Shown: positions 44,309 through 54,354 of the stretch, in pieces
How the letters are laid out: each line of letters opens with the position of its first letter
Position numbering within the stretch: the first letter of the stretch is position 1
Assembly (NCBI GenBank): GCA_965222225.1
Contig: CBDCTK010000002.1
Coordinates: forward strand, 1,216,001-1,280,000
From: Candidatus Poribacteria bacterium
GTDB lineage: Bacteria > Poribacteria > WGA-4E > JAJDTR01
Direction of reading: 5' to 3'
Length of the DNA stretch: 64,000 bases
The notes under the pieces: model-generated
The model's database searches: none
Seen by the model: only the letters and a program-made list of their open reading frames with translations
What the model was told of the DNA's origin: nothing
Program-made: the position numbers and the translations under genes

Positions 44309-45169
44309 ATGTCTTCGTCAGTAGCGCGACTATGCGCTATTCTAGAACTCTCGCGCCCAGCTAATGGTGTTATCGCTTTTGTCTCGGTTATGCTAGGCGG
44401 GCTTTTCGCCGTCAAGGGACAAATAAATCGCCTTGATGATGTTGGGTTGTTGATGGCGGCATTTTCCGCACTACTACTCTTGGCGGCGGGCAACAGCCTC
44501 AATGACTACTGCGACTCTGAAATTGACCGCACCAATAAACCTCGACGCCCAATCCCTTCGGGGCGGATTCAGCGGAGAGAGGCCTTAATCGCCGCCATAC
44601 TCTTAATGGGAGCCGGAATAACGCTCGGGTGTCTTGTCAATCGACACATAGCGATAATCGTTGTGGGCGTTTCCACAAGTTTAATCGGCTATGCACTCTG
44701 GCTCAAACGCACCCCGATGATTGGAAATCTCCTTGTAGGCTTTCTCACCGGACTGACTTTCATCGCGGGGGGTGCGGTTTTTGAGTCCTTTCGAGGGACA
44801 CTTGTACCGGCGACCTTTGCACTCCTGTTTACCACAGCGCGTGAGATTGTCAAAGATATTGAAGACACTGAAGGTGACTTCAAAAACAACGCGAACACAA
44901 TCGCGGTCATCAGCAAATCTGTGGCTGCCTTGATAGCTTCAATTTTTATGGGAACTGTTATCCTATTTAGTCCGGTTCCATATCTGTTGGGCTGGTATTC
45001 ATGGCGTTACATGCTCATGGTTTTTATTGGCGTTGATCTGGTTCTAATGTACCTCCTTGTTCAACTCTGCAAAGATGCCTCAAAAGAAAATAGTTTGCGT
45101 ATCCAGAAGTGGATGAAGTGGGACATCTTGGTCGGACTCGGTGCAATATGCGTTGGCGACTTTGTATAG
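44309..45169 (+). CDS. Digeranylgeranylglyceryl phosphate (DGGGP) synthase-like UbiA prenyltransferase
   Basis: GNSLNDYCDSEIDRTNKPRRPIPSG, LKRTPMIGN and AREIVKDIEDTEGD motifs, characteristic of the archaeal DGGGPS subfamily. Confidence 0.85.
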   Translation: MSSSVARLCAILELSRPANGVIAFVSVMLGGLFAVKGQINRLDDVGLLMAAFSALLLLAAGNSLNDYCDSEIDRTNKPRRPIPSGRIQRREALIAAILLMGAGITLGCLVNRHIAIIVVGVSTSLIGYALWLKRTPMIGNLLVGFLTGLTFIAGGAVFESFRGTLVPATFALLFTTAREIVKDIEDTEGDFKNNANTIAVISKSVAALIASIFMGTVILFSPVPYLLGWYSWRYMLMVFIGVDLVLMYLLVQLCKDASKENSLRIQKWMKWDILVGLGAICVGDFV

Positions 45170-45199
45170 TACAGCGTAGTTTTCGTAGGTTTCTGACAA

Positions 45200-46561
45200 A
45201 TGGCGGTTGAAACCAAAGACTACGAAACAGTGATTAACTTTCTCCAATCATCTGACTCAAGGGAATGTCTTGCCCAGATTCCTGCGCGCCCCGAATCGAC
45301 AAGGTCGACGCAAGCAACCTCCGATTTGGGAGCATTGTTGAAAGAAGATTACGATTACCAAAAGCGGACTGGCGAATGGCGGCGCGACTATCAGATTTTC
45401 ATTGCCGGTTGGGTGCAGCTTGAGGGAGTAATGGTACTCACTTCCGCTCAAGAGTTGGACGCGGACTTATTGGTTGAAATTTCTGCCACCAACGAACGTG
45501 CGCTGAGAGATTTACTGTTGTCATTTCCCCGAACGAAGGTTGGGTGCTTTCGTTGCGGCGACAGATGGATGTTTAACCCTCTAGGAGAAATTCTCGACGG
45601 TCATGAAATGCCCGACTATGGTGACTGCTGTTTTCTCGGAATTAAACGAGGAAGCAAAAATGTCTCTATCGTTTCTCCTACCGAGAAGCAATTTGAAAAT
45701 GAGCGCGGAAACCAACGAACGATTAAGCGGAAGGACCCTGTTATCTCTGAATTCCGAACCCTTGCTTCTCTGGGTGGAAAGCTGAAACTGTCAAAATTTA
45801 CGGTTGAAGGGTCAACCCTTGCAAGACGCGCGATTGATGACGGTTTGCCAGTAGAAAAGGTACTTTTTACTCCCGATTTGCTATCAGATTCTGGTGGTAA
45901 AAATCTCCTGAATCGTATACATTCGGAGAACCTGATGTATTATCAGGTGAATGATGGAGTGATGGGAACGCTTACGACTACAAGGCCTGTGCCATCAGTC
46001 ATTGCTGCGGTGCAAATGAACTATCGTGACGCGGATGACTTTCATCTGACCTCAGAGACCGTAATACTAATCACAGATAGCGTTGCGAACCCGGACAATC
46101 TTGGGATGGTTCTGCGTACCGCCGATGCCGCCGGTGTGGATGGAGTTCTTGTTATTGGTGACGGTGCAAGCCCTTTCCACAGGAATTGCATTAGGGCGTC
46201 TAGAGGCGCGGTTGGGAGAATCCCTCTGTTATATTGTTCGGATGTCGATCGCTATCTCGCAAGATTAATAGGTGCCGGTTTTAATCTTATAGCAGCTACT
46301 TCCAAATCGGACAACCACCTATATGACCTTGAACTCGAAGTTCCTTTGGCATTTGTCGTTGGCAACGAAAATGAAGGAATTCGGAAAACAATATTAGATC
46401 TTTGCACAAATCTTGTCTCCATCCCAATGGCACCGGGGCAATCTTCCTTAAATGTGGGGGTTGCAACTGGTGTGCTACTGTACGAGCTTGTACGCCGCCG
46501 CAATTTGTCCGGGAACGGCAAACAGCTTGTTATCGGTCAGACGCTGCACGGAGATACATAG
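45200..46561 (+). CDS. TrmH/SpoU RNA 2'-O-methyltransferase with N-terminal extension
   Basis: NPDNLG.VLRTA.AAG, VGNENEG and IPM.....SLNV motifs. Confidence 0.88.
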   Translation: MAVETKDYETVINFLQSSDSRECLAQIPARPESTRSTQATSDLGALLKEDYDYQKRTGEWRRDYQIFIAGWVQLEGVMVLTSAQELDADLLVEISATNERALRDLLLSFPRTKVGCFRCGDRWMFNPLGEILDGHEMPDYGDCCFLGIKRGSKNVSIVSPTEKQFENERGNQRTIKRKDPVISEFRTLASLGGKLKLSKFTVEGSTLARRAIDDGLPVEKVLFTPDLLSDSGGKNLLNRIHSENLMYYQVNDGVMGTLTTTRPVPSVIAAVQMNYRDADDFHLTSETVILITDSVANPDNLGMVLRTADAAGVDGVLVIGDGASPFHRNCIRASRGAVGRIPLLYCSDVDRYLARLIGAGFNLIAATSKSDNHLYDLELEVPLAFVVGNENEGIRKTILDLCTNLVSIPMAPGQSSLNVGVATGVLLYELVRRRNLSGNGKQLVIGQTLHGDT

Positions 46562-47002
46562 ATGCCTGGACCGACATGGATAATATGTGACCCGTGAATT
46601 ACTTATTGGAAATCCATCGGTTTTCGATAAATTTGAATTGCTCAGCCTTTCGCGCCAGCGGGGATCAAATGAGCGGATAGCGAGTGCGATAGAGATTCCT
46701 GTATGCGCAAAGTTACGTCGAATCAACCCGCAGAACCCAAGCGTAGGATAGCCAATCATCAAATTAAGATAAAATCCCTGCATGAGACTTTGTAAGTCCC
46801 GCCGTGGATTAAGCCGCCGAATTGGGAGCGCGATTGAAGCCCTAAAGGCGTAAAACGGGCAACAACAAAAACATGGGCAAGTCCTTCCTCAAATGACCAA
46901 ATATGGCATTGCCACCCACAAGTCAAGCAGGTTGTCATTCAACTGGATGATGCATAAAAAAATTCATGGACTATAAGTCAGCCGCGCAAACTGGAGATTG
47001 CC

Positions 47003-47946
47003 ATGAGTAAACGATTTAATATTTATATCCCCAGTGGGGACAGCGGGGTGGAAGTACATCGAATGAAGAAATGGCTTCGTCAACCTCGCGAACACGTTCC
47101 TGAAGGAATAGATGTCAATAGGCAGAACTCTTATCAGTTGCGCTCAACCTTAAAACACCAGGGCTGGGTGGACCGGGAAACAGAAACAGAGGTGCGGCTA
47201 ATATCACCTGAATCCGACACTCTGTCAAGGGTTGACAAGTTGTTTGGACAATTCGAGAGAAGACGATATAACGTTTATATTCCAAGTGGGGATAGTGGGG
47301 TGGAAGTACATCGCATGAAGGAATGGCTTCGTCAACATCCCGAGCACATTCCTGAAGGGTTGGATGTCGGCGAGTACGACGCTTTTGCGGTGCATACAGC
47401 TTTGCAAAGGCAAGGTTGGGTGGATCAGGAAACAGAATCAGAAGTGCGGCTGATTTCACCAGATTCCGACACCGAATTAAGGGTTGCCAAATTGTTTGGG
47501 CAATCCGAGGACGAGGAGACCAACTTAGACGGCGATCCCGTCTTCACTTTAGAGCATCAACTTCGGGATTTCTTCGCTGAAAACATCAATACGATTCTTG
47601 AAATGGTAGGCATCTGAGGTTATATGAGGACGAAGAAGGGCAAGAGGGTGTTGAATATCAAACAGTAACAGGTCGAATTGATATCCTTGCGATAGACGAT
47701 GATGGCGCGTTCTACGTCATTGAGTTTAAGCGCGATCGGGCAAGTGATAAAGTTGTGGGCCAGGTCGCCAGATATATGGGTTGCATCCAGCGCACCATAG
47801 CGGTAGGAAGAGAGGTAAACGGGGTCATCGTGGCAAAGGATATTGATCGCAATCTGAGATATGCCGCATCGGTAATTCCACAGGTACATCTCTTCGAATA
47901 TCAAATGGAATTCCACCTGAATGAAGCCGATGAAATTGGATCCTAA
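47003..47946 (+). CDS. NucS/DUF91-like PD-(D/E)XK endonuclease with a tandemly duplicated N-terminal domain (frameshift near 47600)
   Basis: LE.QLRDF...N, then in the shifted frame GRIDILAID...VIEFKR...SDKVVGQVARYMG; N-terminus repeats NxYIPSGDSGVEVHRMKxWLRQ twice. Confidence 0.75.
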
Positions 47947-48975
47947 CAATTATAGCACCTTACGCACTAAAGATTCCGTCTCCAACAGGGTCGTAGGTTG
48001 GGTTGATCGGGAATCCATTAATAATTGCTCGTCCCCTTAACACATATTTCAGCCCCTTGAAAACTTAACATACGTATGGTATAATTCGCCTATCAAAGGA
48101 ACGAATAGATTAAGCGAACGAACAGTGAGTGCGATGAAGATTTCAATGCGATAGAGTTCCCATAGAAAATCTTGATAATGAATCCTGATTCATACAATTA
48201 CCAAAATACGCCATCCTTACACATTATTCTTCCCAATAAACAACTACAGGATGGGGGGGGTAAAAACTATTCGCACAAAATCGCAGATTTTCGCAGAACG
48301 CTGCATTGCCTTCCAACCCGTGTCATTACGGGTTTCCAAGGCGATTTTTACTAGTAGCTATAGTATGCGACCTGCGGAACTGTAACTCCAAATTGAATCT
48401 CGGAAAGTCAGGTCGAAAAACAGGATAGCCATCAAACAAACGAAGTTTGACCGCGTTGCGCTGACGATGGCAAATCCCCGTGCGTTAGCGCTCCTGGAAT
48501 ACAGGCGAAACGCATCTAAATTTACGACTTTACAAGAAAGAAATCCGGGCTAAGTTTGTAATGCTTTTCTTGGGGATCGTAGGTTGGGTTGAACGGCAAT
48601 CCGTCAATAATCGTTATTCTTGGAGAAGTTTTCGAGTGCCCACTTTACATGTATGTGCCAAAATTTGAGTGAAACCCAACAATAATCGTACATTCTACCA
48701 CCATGAGACGTCCTTTGTAATTGGATGCGATTCTCCGGCGATTTTTGTGCCCCTATGGACAATGGAGAAAACTTGGGTTAATAGTTAAAGGCAGGCATTC
48801 CAAACGGTATACTGGACGACTCTACCGTTAGATTTTTCAAACATGCGGACAACACCAGAAGTCATGACAGGTAGGGAGGGGATGATTTTATTGAGGCCAC
48901 ATTGCGAAGATTCCCGCCTGTCCCATATATATTAGAGGAGTCCCTTGCGCTTCAATTTCAACGGACGTAAAATCA

Positions 48976-49194
48976 ATGATTCTAATTAACGAAGAACTGT
49001 GCAGCTATTGTGGGGCATGTGTCGCTGTCTGCCCGGAAAATATCATCGATTTAGTTGACATTTATCTGAAAATAGATCAATCGAAGTGCACCGACTGCAT
49101 GCGTTGTGTTAAAGGTTGCCCGGTTGGTGTGCTTGCTCTGGAACGCAATGGTAAGGTATATTATCCAGCATATGAAGGGCGGGGATTATTTTAA
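48976..49194 (+). CDS. 2x[4Fe-4S] ferredoxin
   Basis: [12 protein letters not shown] and [12 protein letters not shown] motifs; TAATG overlap with the reductase start. Confidence 0.93.
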   Translation: MILINEELCSYCGACVAVCPENIIDLVDIYLKIDQSKCTDCMRCVKGCPVGVLALERNGKVYYPAYEGRGLF

Positions 49195-50386
49195 TGTTCC
49201 ACTCCGAGTTTGATGTTATTGTCGTCGGTGCTGGCCCGGGAGGTTCGATTGCCGCGAAGGTTGCCGCCGAAAATGGCTTAAGTGTTCTGCTCTTGGAGAA
49301 ACGCCAAGAAATCGGTTCCCCCGTTCGCTGAGCGGAAGGTATCGGCACAGCGTCGCTGTGTGAATTTATTCAGCCGCATCCATCTTGGATATCCCAGCAG
49401 ATCAACGGCGGCCGACTGTTTTCGCCTAACGAAACAGCAGCTACACTTGACTTCCCGAGAGCGGGATATGTGCTTGAGCGCAAAGTCTTCGATCGCATAC
49501 TCGCGGAGATGGCAGGAGATGCCGGCCCGAGTTGCTAGTGAAAGCGAGGGTAACTACGGTCACCAAGTCGGACGACGGAGTAGTCAACGGCGTAACCTTC
49601 CGTCATTCTGGTCGTGATTACACCTGTAAAGCCAAAACGGTGATTGCCGCAGATGGAATTGAATCGCAGGTTGCGCGTTGGGCGGGAATTGATAGTACTC
49701 ACGATTTGCGCGATGTGGATATCTGCGCCCAATATTTGGTTTCAAACATTGACATCATTCCGGATCACTGTGACTTCTATGTCGGACGCGAGATTGCTCC
49801 ACGCGGATACATCTGGGTTTTTCCAAAGGGGAAAAACATTGCCAATGTAGGCGTTGGCATTGGGGGCGCCATATCCGGAAAGGGCGGCAAACTCGCCATT
49901 GATTACTTGAATGAGTTTGTAAAACGAAAATTCCCCGATGGCAAAATCTTGGCTCAAGTCGTCGGCTGTGTGCCAGTCGGCGATAGCCTACCCGACATAG
50001 TTGGCGATGGAATCCTCCTAATAGGTGATGCCGCACACCACAGCGATCCCATCTCCGGCGGCGGAATCGCTAACGCAATGTACTCAGGTCAATTCGCAGC
50101 AGAAGCCGCAGTCGAGGGAATCCGAATCGGCGATGTTTCCGCCAAGACTCTTAGCTCCTATGAGAGGCGTTGGAACAAACAAATAGGGAAGCATTTCAAG
50201 CATATATGTCGTATACGTGACGGGCTGTTTAAGTTCAGTGATGACACGTTTGATAGGTGTGCTGAAGTCATATCGAAAATGCCCAGTGAAAAAGTTACCA
50301 TGACACAAATCTTCAAAACCGTGTTAAAACACCAGCCCCGATTACTGTTGGAATTAAGACATTTGGTTCTGGCGGGCTGGGTTTAG
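49194..50386 (+). CDS. Geranylgeranyl (DGGGPL) reductase; in-frame TGA at the conserved Cys and a 1-bp frameshift near 49525
   Basis: [17 protein letters not shown]...[14 protein letters not shown]...[10 protein letters not shown], then [15 protein letters not shown] and [17 protein letters not shown]; archaeal DGGR signatures. Confidence 0.88.
49345..49361 (+). promoter_or_regulatory. Candidate bacterial SECIS hairpin
   Basis: GCACAGC-GTC-GCTGTGT stem-loop; loop begins with G, 20 nt after the TGA at 49329-49331. Confidence 0.5.
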
Positions 50387-50446
50387 TAAGGATGCAGCGC
50401 TTAGAACGTTGGCATTTGGTGATTGAACCGAATCATTCCTATTATA

Positions 50447-51193
50447 ATGCAATCTGATTTTGTCCTCAACTATCTTCAAGAGACCATTACGAGATATAAA
50501 GCGGGATATTTAGTTCTTATCGATCCCGATCAATACTCCGTCTCGGACTGTGTCGAATCAGCTCATCAAGCAGAAGATGCGGGTACCGATGCACTTCTTC
50601 TAGGTGGCAGCTTTCTGACTACCGATCTCCAACCCGTAGCGGAGACCCTGAAAAGAGAAACACGGTTACCAATCATCCTCTTCCCCGGCGACGCAATGCA
50701 CCTAACGCCTCATGCGGACGCCATTTTATACCTCAGTCTTATAAGCGGGCGGAACGCCAACTTTCTAATCGGAGAGCAGGTTAAGGCTGCGCCTAGGCTA
50801 CGACAGTACGGTATTGAATCGATTCCAACGGGATATATGTTGATTGATAGTGGTCGCCAAACATCGGTTGGATTCATGAGTGGGACAACGCCATTGCCCC
50901 GTGACAAGTTCGATCTCGCTTGGGCGCATGCTCTTGCCGCTGAATATCTCGGTATGCAGTTGGTCTATCTCGAAGCCGGCAGTGGAGCAGAATATCCCGT
51001 CCCTGATCGGATGATTGCCGCAGTGAAGGAACACATCAGTATCCCGGTTCTTGTTGGCGGTGGAATCACTACACCTGAAATTGCTGCTCAAAAAGTCGAA
51101 GCCGGTGCAGATTTCATCGTGACAGGTACGGCCATCGAAAATAGTCGCTCTTTGACGGTGATGAAACAGTTCGCCGACGCGGTTCACGGGTAG
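50447..51193 (+). CDS. Geranylgeranylglyceryl phosphate synthase (group II GGGPS)
   Basis: LIDPD, GGS, LFPG, SLISGRN, PTGY, YLEAGSGA and VGGGI motifs. Confidence 0.92.
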   Translation: MQSDFVLNYLQETITRYKAGYLVLIDPDQYSVSDCVESAHQAEDAGTDALLLGGSFLTTDLQPVAETLKRETRLPIILFPGDAMHLTPHADAILYLSLISGRNANFLIGEQVKAAPRLRQYGIESIPTGYMLIDSGRQTSVGFMSGTTPLPRDKFDLAWAHALAAEYLGMQLVYLEAGSGAEYPVPDRMIAAVKEHISIPVLVGGGITTPEIAAQKVEAGADFIVTGTAIENSRSLTVMKQFADAVHG

Positions 51194-51255
51194 CTTGCAC
51201 CGAGAGATTTTCGCTTGACAACCATAACGTAGCATGGTATTTTTTGCACATTGTG

Positions 51256-51282
51256 TTAGCACTTGCAAGTAGAGAGTGCTAA
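51256..51282 (+). promoter_or_regulatory. CIRCE operator (HrcA site)
   Basis: TTAGCACTT-N9-GAGTGCTAA upstream of hrcA; TTGACA-17-TATTTT promoter at 51215-51243. Confidence 0.93.
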
Positions 51283-51309
51283 AATTTAATTTGTGATAGG
51301 GTTAGAGCC

Positions 51310-52374
51310 TTGGCAACTTCTACATTGGATTTCCGTAAACGTGAAGTCCTAGAAGCAATAATTGAGTGCTACAATCAGACAGCTGCACCGGTTGGGTCAC
51401 GCACCATTGTACGCCGATATGGTATGGGGGTTAGTGCTGCGACTATCCGGAATACGATGGCCGATCTGGAGGAGCTTGGGTATGTGACTCAGCCTCATCC
51501 TTCCGCTGGACGGGTGCCGACGGAGATTGGATATAGGGTCTATGTCGACACATTGATGGAAGCAGAGGAACTTAGTAACAAAGAGAAACTATTGATTCAA
51601 GAGAGATGCGCCTCACTTGATGGTAGCTTTGAAGGAATTATTGAACAAATTTCCAAAATTTTGTCCGAAATCTCACATTATATCGGTTTTGTTCTAACCC
51701 CGGAACTTCATGACAGTATCTTGCGCCGACTTGAGCTTATCCCAATTGACGAAGATGATGACAACTCGGAACATCAAGGCAAGGTGCTCGCGGTTTTATT
51801 GATGGCGTCGGGAGTTGTAAAGAACCACATTGTTCCAGTCAGTAAAGATCTTTCAGACAAAGATATTCGTCGAATTAGCCGAATCTTGAATGAAAAACTG
51901 GTGGGTCTTTCTTTGCAACGTATACAGCAAATCTCTCAAGACACAGCGCACCTTAAAGTAATCTTCGACACCTATCTGTCGGACTCAGTCGTGGCATTCA
52001 CTCGTGACACCTTCTCACTAAATCAAGAGATACATATTTTTCTGGACGGTGCTTCCAATTTCTTCAGCCAGCCTGAATTTCTACAGGTCGAGAAGATCGG
52101 GCCTCTGTTCCGCTTACTTGAACAGAAAGAACGGATTGCCGGGTTGCTGTCTCCTCAGCAGCCAACGTCCGGAATTCAGGTAGTAATTGGTAGCGAGAAC
52201 AAATACGAAGGTATGGAGATGTGTAGTGTTGTGCACTCATGTTACACAAGCCACGGCGATGTCTTGGGGACGATAGGGGTTATTGGACCAACTCGGATGC
52301 AGTATTCACGCATTGTGTCAATCGTCGATTTTACGGCTCAAGTTATGAGCCAAGTTTTTGAACATACTCTATGA
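51310..52374 (+). CDS. hrcA: Heat-inducible transcription repressor
   Basis: PVGSR, SAATIRN.MADLE, SAGRVPT..GYR.YVD and IGPTRM.Y motifs. Confidence 0.96.
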   Translation: MATSTLDFRKREVLEAIIECYNQTAAPVGSRTIVRRYGMGVSAATIRNTMADLEELGYVTQPHPSAGRVPTEIGYRVYVDTLMEAEELSNKEKLLIQERCASLDGSFEGIIEQISKILSEISHYIGFVLTPELHDSILRRLELIPIDEDDDNSEHQGKVLAVLLMASGVVKNHIVPVSKDLSDKDIRRISRILNEKLVGLSLQRIQQISQDTAHLKVIFDTYLSDSVVAFTRDTFSLNQEIHIFLDGASNFFSQPEFLQVEKIGPLFRLLEQKERIAGLLSPQQPTSGIQVVIGSENKYEGMEMCSVVHSCYTSHGDVLGTIGVIGPTRMQYSRIVSIVDFTAQVMSQVFEHTL

Positions 52375-52390
52375 AATCAAGGAGACGAAC

Positions 52391-53104
52391 ATGTCGAAAG
52401 ACACAGAAACACAGGTAGAAATTGACGAAGCGGAAGGTGAGACGTCGTCGGAGGCTACCGCCCCAACTGACGACACAAACCAATCAGAAAAAGATAGTAT
52501 ACAAGGCGGCGAGGAAAATGAAACCCAAATTGATGACGGTGTCGAACCGGAGACCGCAGTGTCTTTTGAGGAAGAATTCGCCAAGCTGAAAGCTGAATAT
52601 CAAGAACAATACGACCAGATGCTTCGTAAAATTGCGGAATACGACAATGCAAAGAAACGGGCAGAGCGCCGGGCGGAGGAATCCTCTAAGTATGCCGTTG
52701 AAGGAGTCATTAAAGACATAATTCCAATCATTGATAGCGTTGAAAGAGCAATTGAGTCCACGAACGAATCCAAAGACTTTGATGCGTTAAGCGAAGGAAT
52801 TCAATTGATACACAAACAACTTCTTGATTCGCTTCAGAGGCGTAGTGTCAATCCAATTGAAGCCTTACGCGAGAACTTTGACCCAACTCGCCATGAAGCA
52901 ATCATGCATGTTGAATCAGAGGAGGTTCCGGAAAATGCAGTCATCGAAGAATTTCAGCGAGGATATACACTCCACGATCGCGTGATTCGTCCCTCCATGG
53001 TCTCAGTTTCGAAGGGTAAACCTGAGAAAGTGAAAGAATCAGTCGCCCCTGACGAAGAGGCCAATGCTCCGGATGATGTCAATGAACAGACGACTCCCAA
53101 ATAA
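52391..53104 (+). CDS. grpE: Nucleotide exchange factor GrpE
   Basis: AEYDN.KKR, FDP..HEA and GY.LHDRVIRP.MV.V motifs. Confidence 0.95.
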   Translation: MSKDTETQVEIDEAEGETSSEATAPTDDTNQSEKDSIQGGEENETQIDDGVEPETAVSFEEEFAKLKAEYQEQYDQMLRKIAEYDNAKKRAERRAEESSKYAVEGVIKDIIPIIDSVERAIESTNESKDFDALSEGIQLIHKQLLDSLQRRSVNPIEALRENFDPTRHEAIMHVESEEVPENAVIEEFQRGYTLHDRVIRPSMVSVSKGKPEKVKESVAPDEEANAPDDVNEQTTPK

Positions 53105-53166
53105 TCGGATAAAAAATAATGTAGGGCGGGACAGTATCTACGCTGATAAGAGAAAGGGAACACAGC

Positions 53167-54312
53167 ATGGCGCAAAAGCGTGACTGCTACGAAGTATTGA
53201 GCGTTGGTCGCAATGCAACTGAAGACGAAATAAAAAAAGCATATCGCAAACTTGCTATCAAGTATCACCCGGACAAGAATCCTGGAAATAAAGACGCCGA
53301 AGATAGCTTCAAAGAAGCGACTGAAGCCTATGAAATTATTCGAGACCCTAACAAACGTAGTCGGTACGACCAGTTTGGACATGCAGGTCTTGAGAGAATG
53401 ACGGGTGGTTCAGGTATTGATTTCGGCAACTTCGATGATATTGTCGGAGACATCTTTGGAGATCTCGGCGATGCCTTCGGGTTTGGAAGTTCGCGGCGAA
53501 GGACCGGGCCTAGGCGCGGTCAGAGTTTACAATACGATTTGGAGATTTCCCTAGAAGATGTTATCCATGGAAAAACTACCACTATCGAGGTCCCTCGGCT
53601 TGAAACCTGTACAAGATGTAATGGAAATCGGGCCGAGCCGGGATTTCGACCTGAGACGTGTCCGGAATGCCGTGGACACGGGCAAGTCACGCATTCTCAG
53701 GGATTTATTACGATGTCGCGGATCTGTGGGCATTGCCACGGTGAAGGTCGTGTTGTAACTCATCCTTGTGGCGCATGTAACGGACGCGGCGTCAGTCGTG
53801 CGACACGAAATATCAAGGTTGGTATTCCTAAGGGTGTTGATACCGGGTTTAAAATCCAATTGCGTGGCGAGGGTGAAGCTGGCACCAATGGAGGCCCCCC
53901 GGGAGACTTGTTTGTCGCCATTCATGTGCCGCCCCATGATACCTTTACCCGCGAGGAAAACGACCTAATCACATCAGCCAAAATCTCCTTTGTACAAGCC
54001 GCTCTAGGTGCAGAGATTCAGGTGCCGACTGTGGACGGGGCGGAAAAATTGACAATTTCACCGGAGACACAGTATGGCCAACAGTTTCGCATACGAGGAA
54101 AGGGCATTCCCTACTACAACCATTACGGATCCGGCGATCTGATTGTCCAAGTGAGGATTCAAACACCAACCAAATTAACGCCCCAAGAGCAAGAGATTTT
54201 GTCGCAATTTGCTCATCTGCGTGCCGAACAAGAACATCTTGAGCACGAAAACAGTGGCTTCTTTGACAAGTTATTCCACCGGCATCATGATGACGACGAC
54301 AAAAACAAATAG
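53167..54312 (+). CDS. dnaJ: Chaperone DnaJ
   Basis: J-domain HPD, G/F region, four CxxCxGxG-type repeats. Confidence 0.97.
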   Translation: MAQKRDCYEVLSVGRNATEDEIKKAYRKLAIKYHPDKNPGNKDAEDSFKEATEAYEIIRDPNKRSRYDQFGHAGLERMTGGSGIDFGNFDDIVGDIFGDLGDAFGFGSSRRRTGPRRGQSLQYDLEISLEDVIHGKTTTIEVPRLETCTRCNGNRAEPGFRPETCPECRGHGQVTHSQGFITMSRICGHCHGEGRVVTHPCGACNGRGVSRATRNIKVGIPKGVDTGFKIQLRGEGEAGTNGGPPGDLFVAIHVPPHDTFTREENDLITSAKISFVQAALGAEIQVPTVDGAEKLTISPETQYGQQFRIRGKGIPYYNHYGSGDLIVQVRIQTPTKLTPQEQEILSQFAHLRAEQEHLEHENSGFFDKLFHRHHDDDDKNK

Positions 54313-54354
54313 CGCGAGACATCAAGATCTTTGGAAAACCTTCAATAGTCGAAC

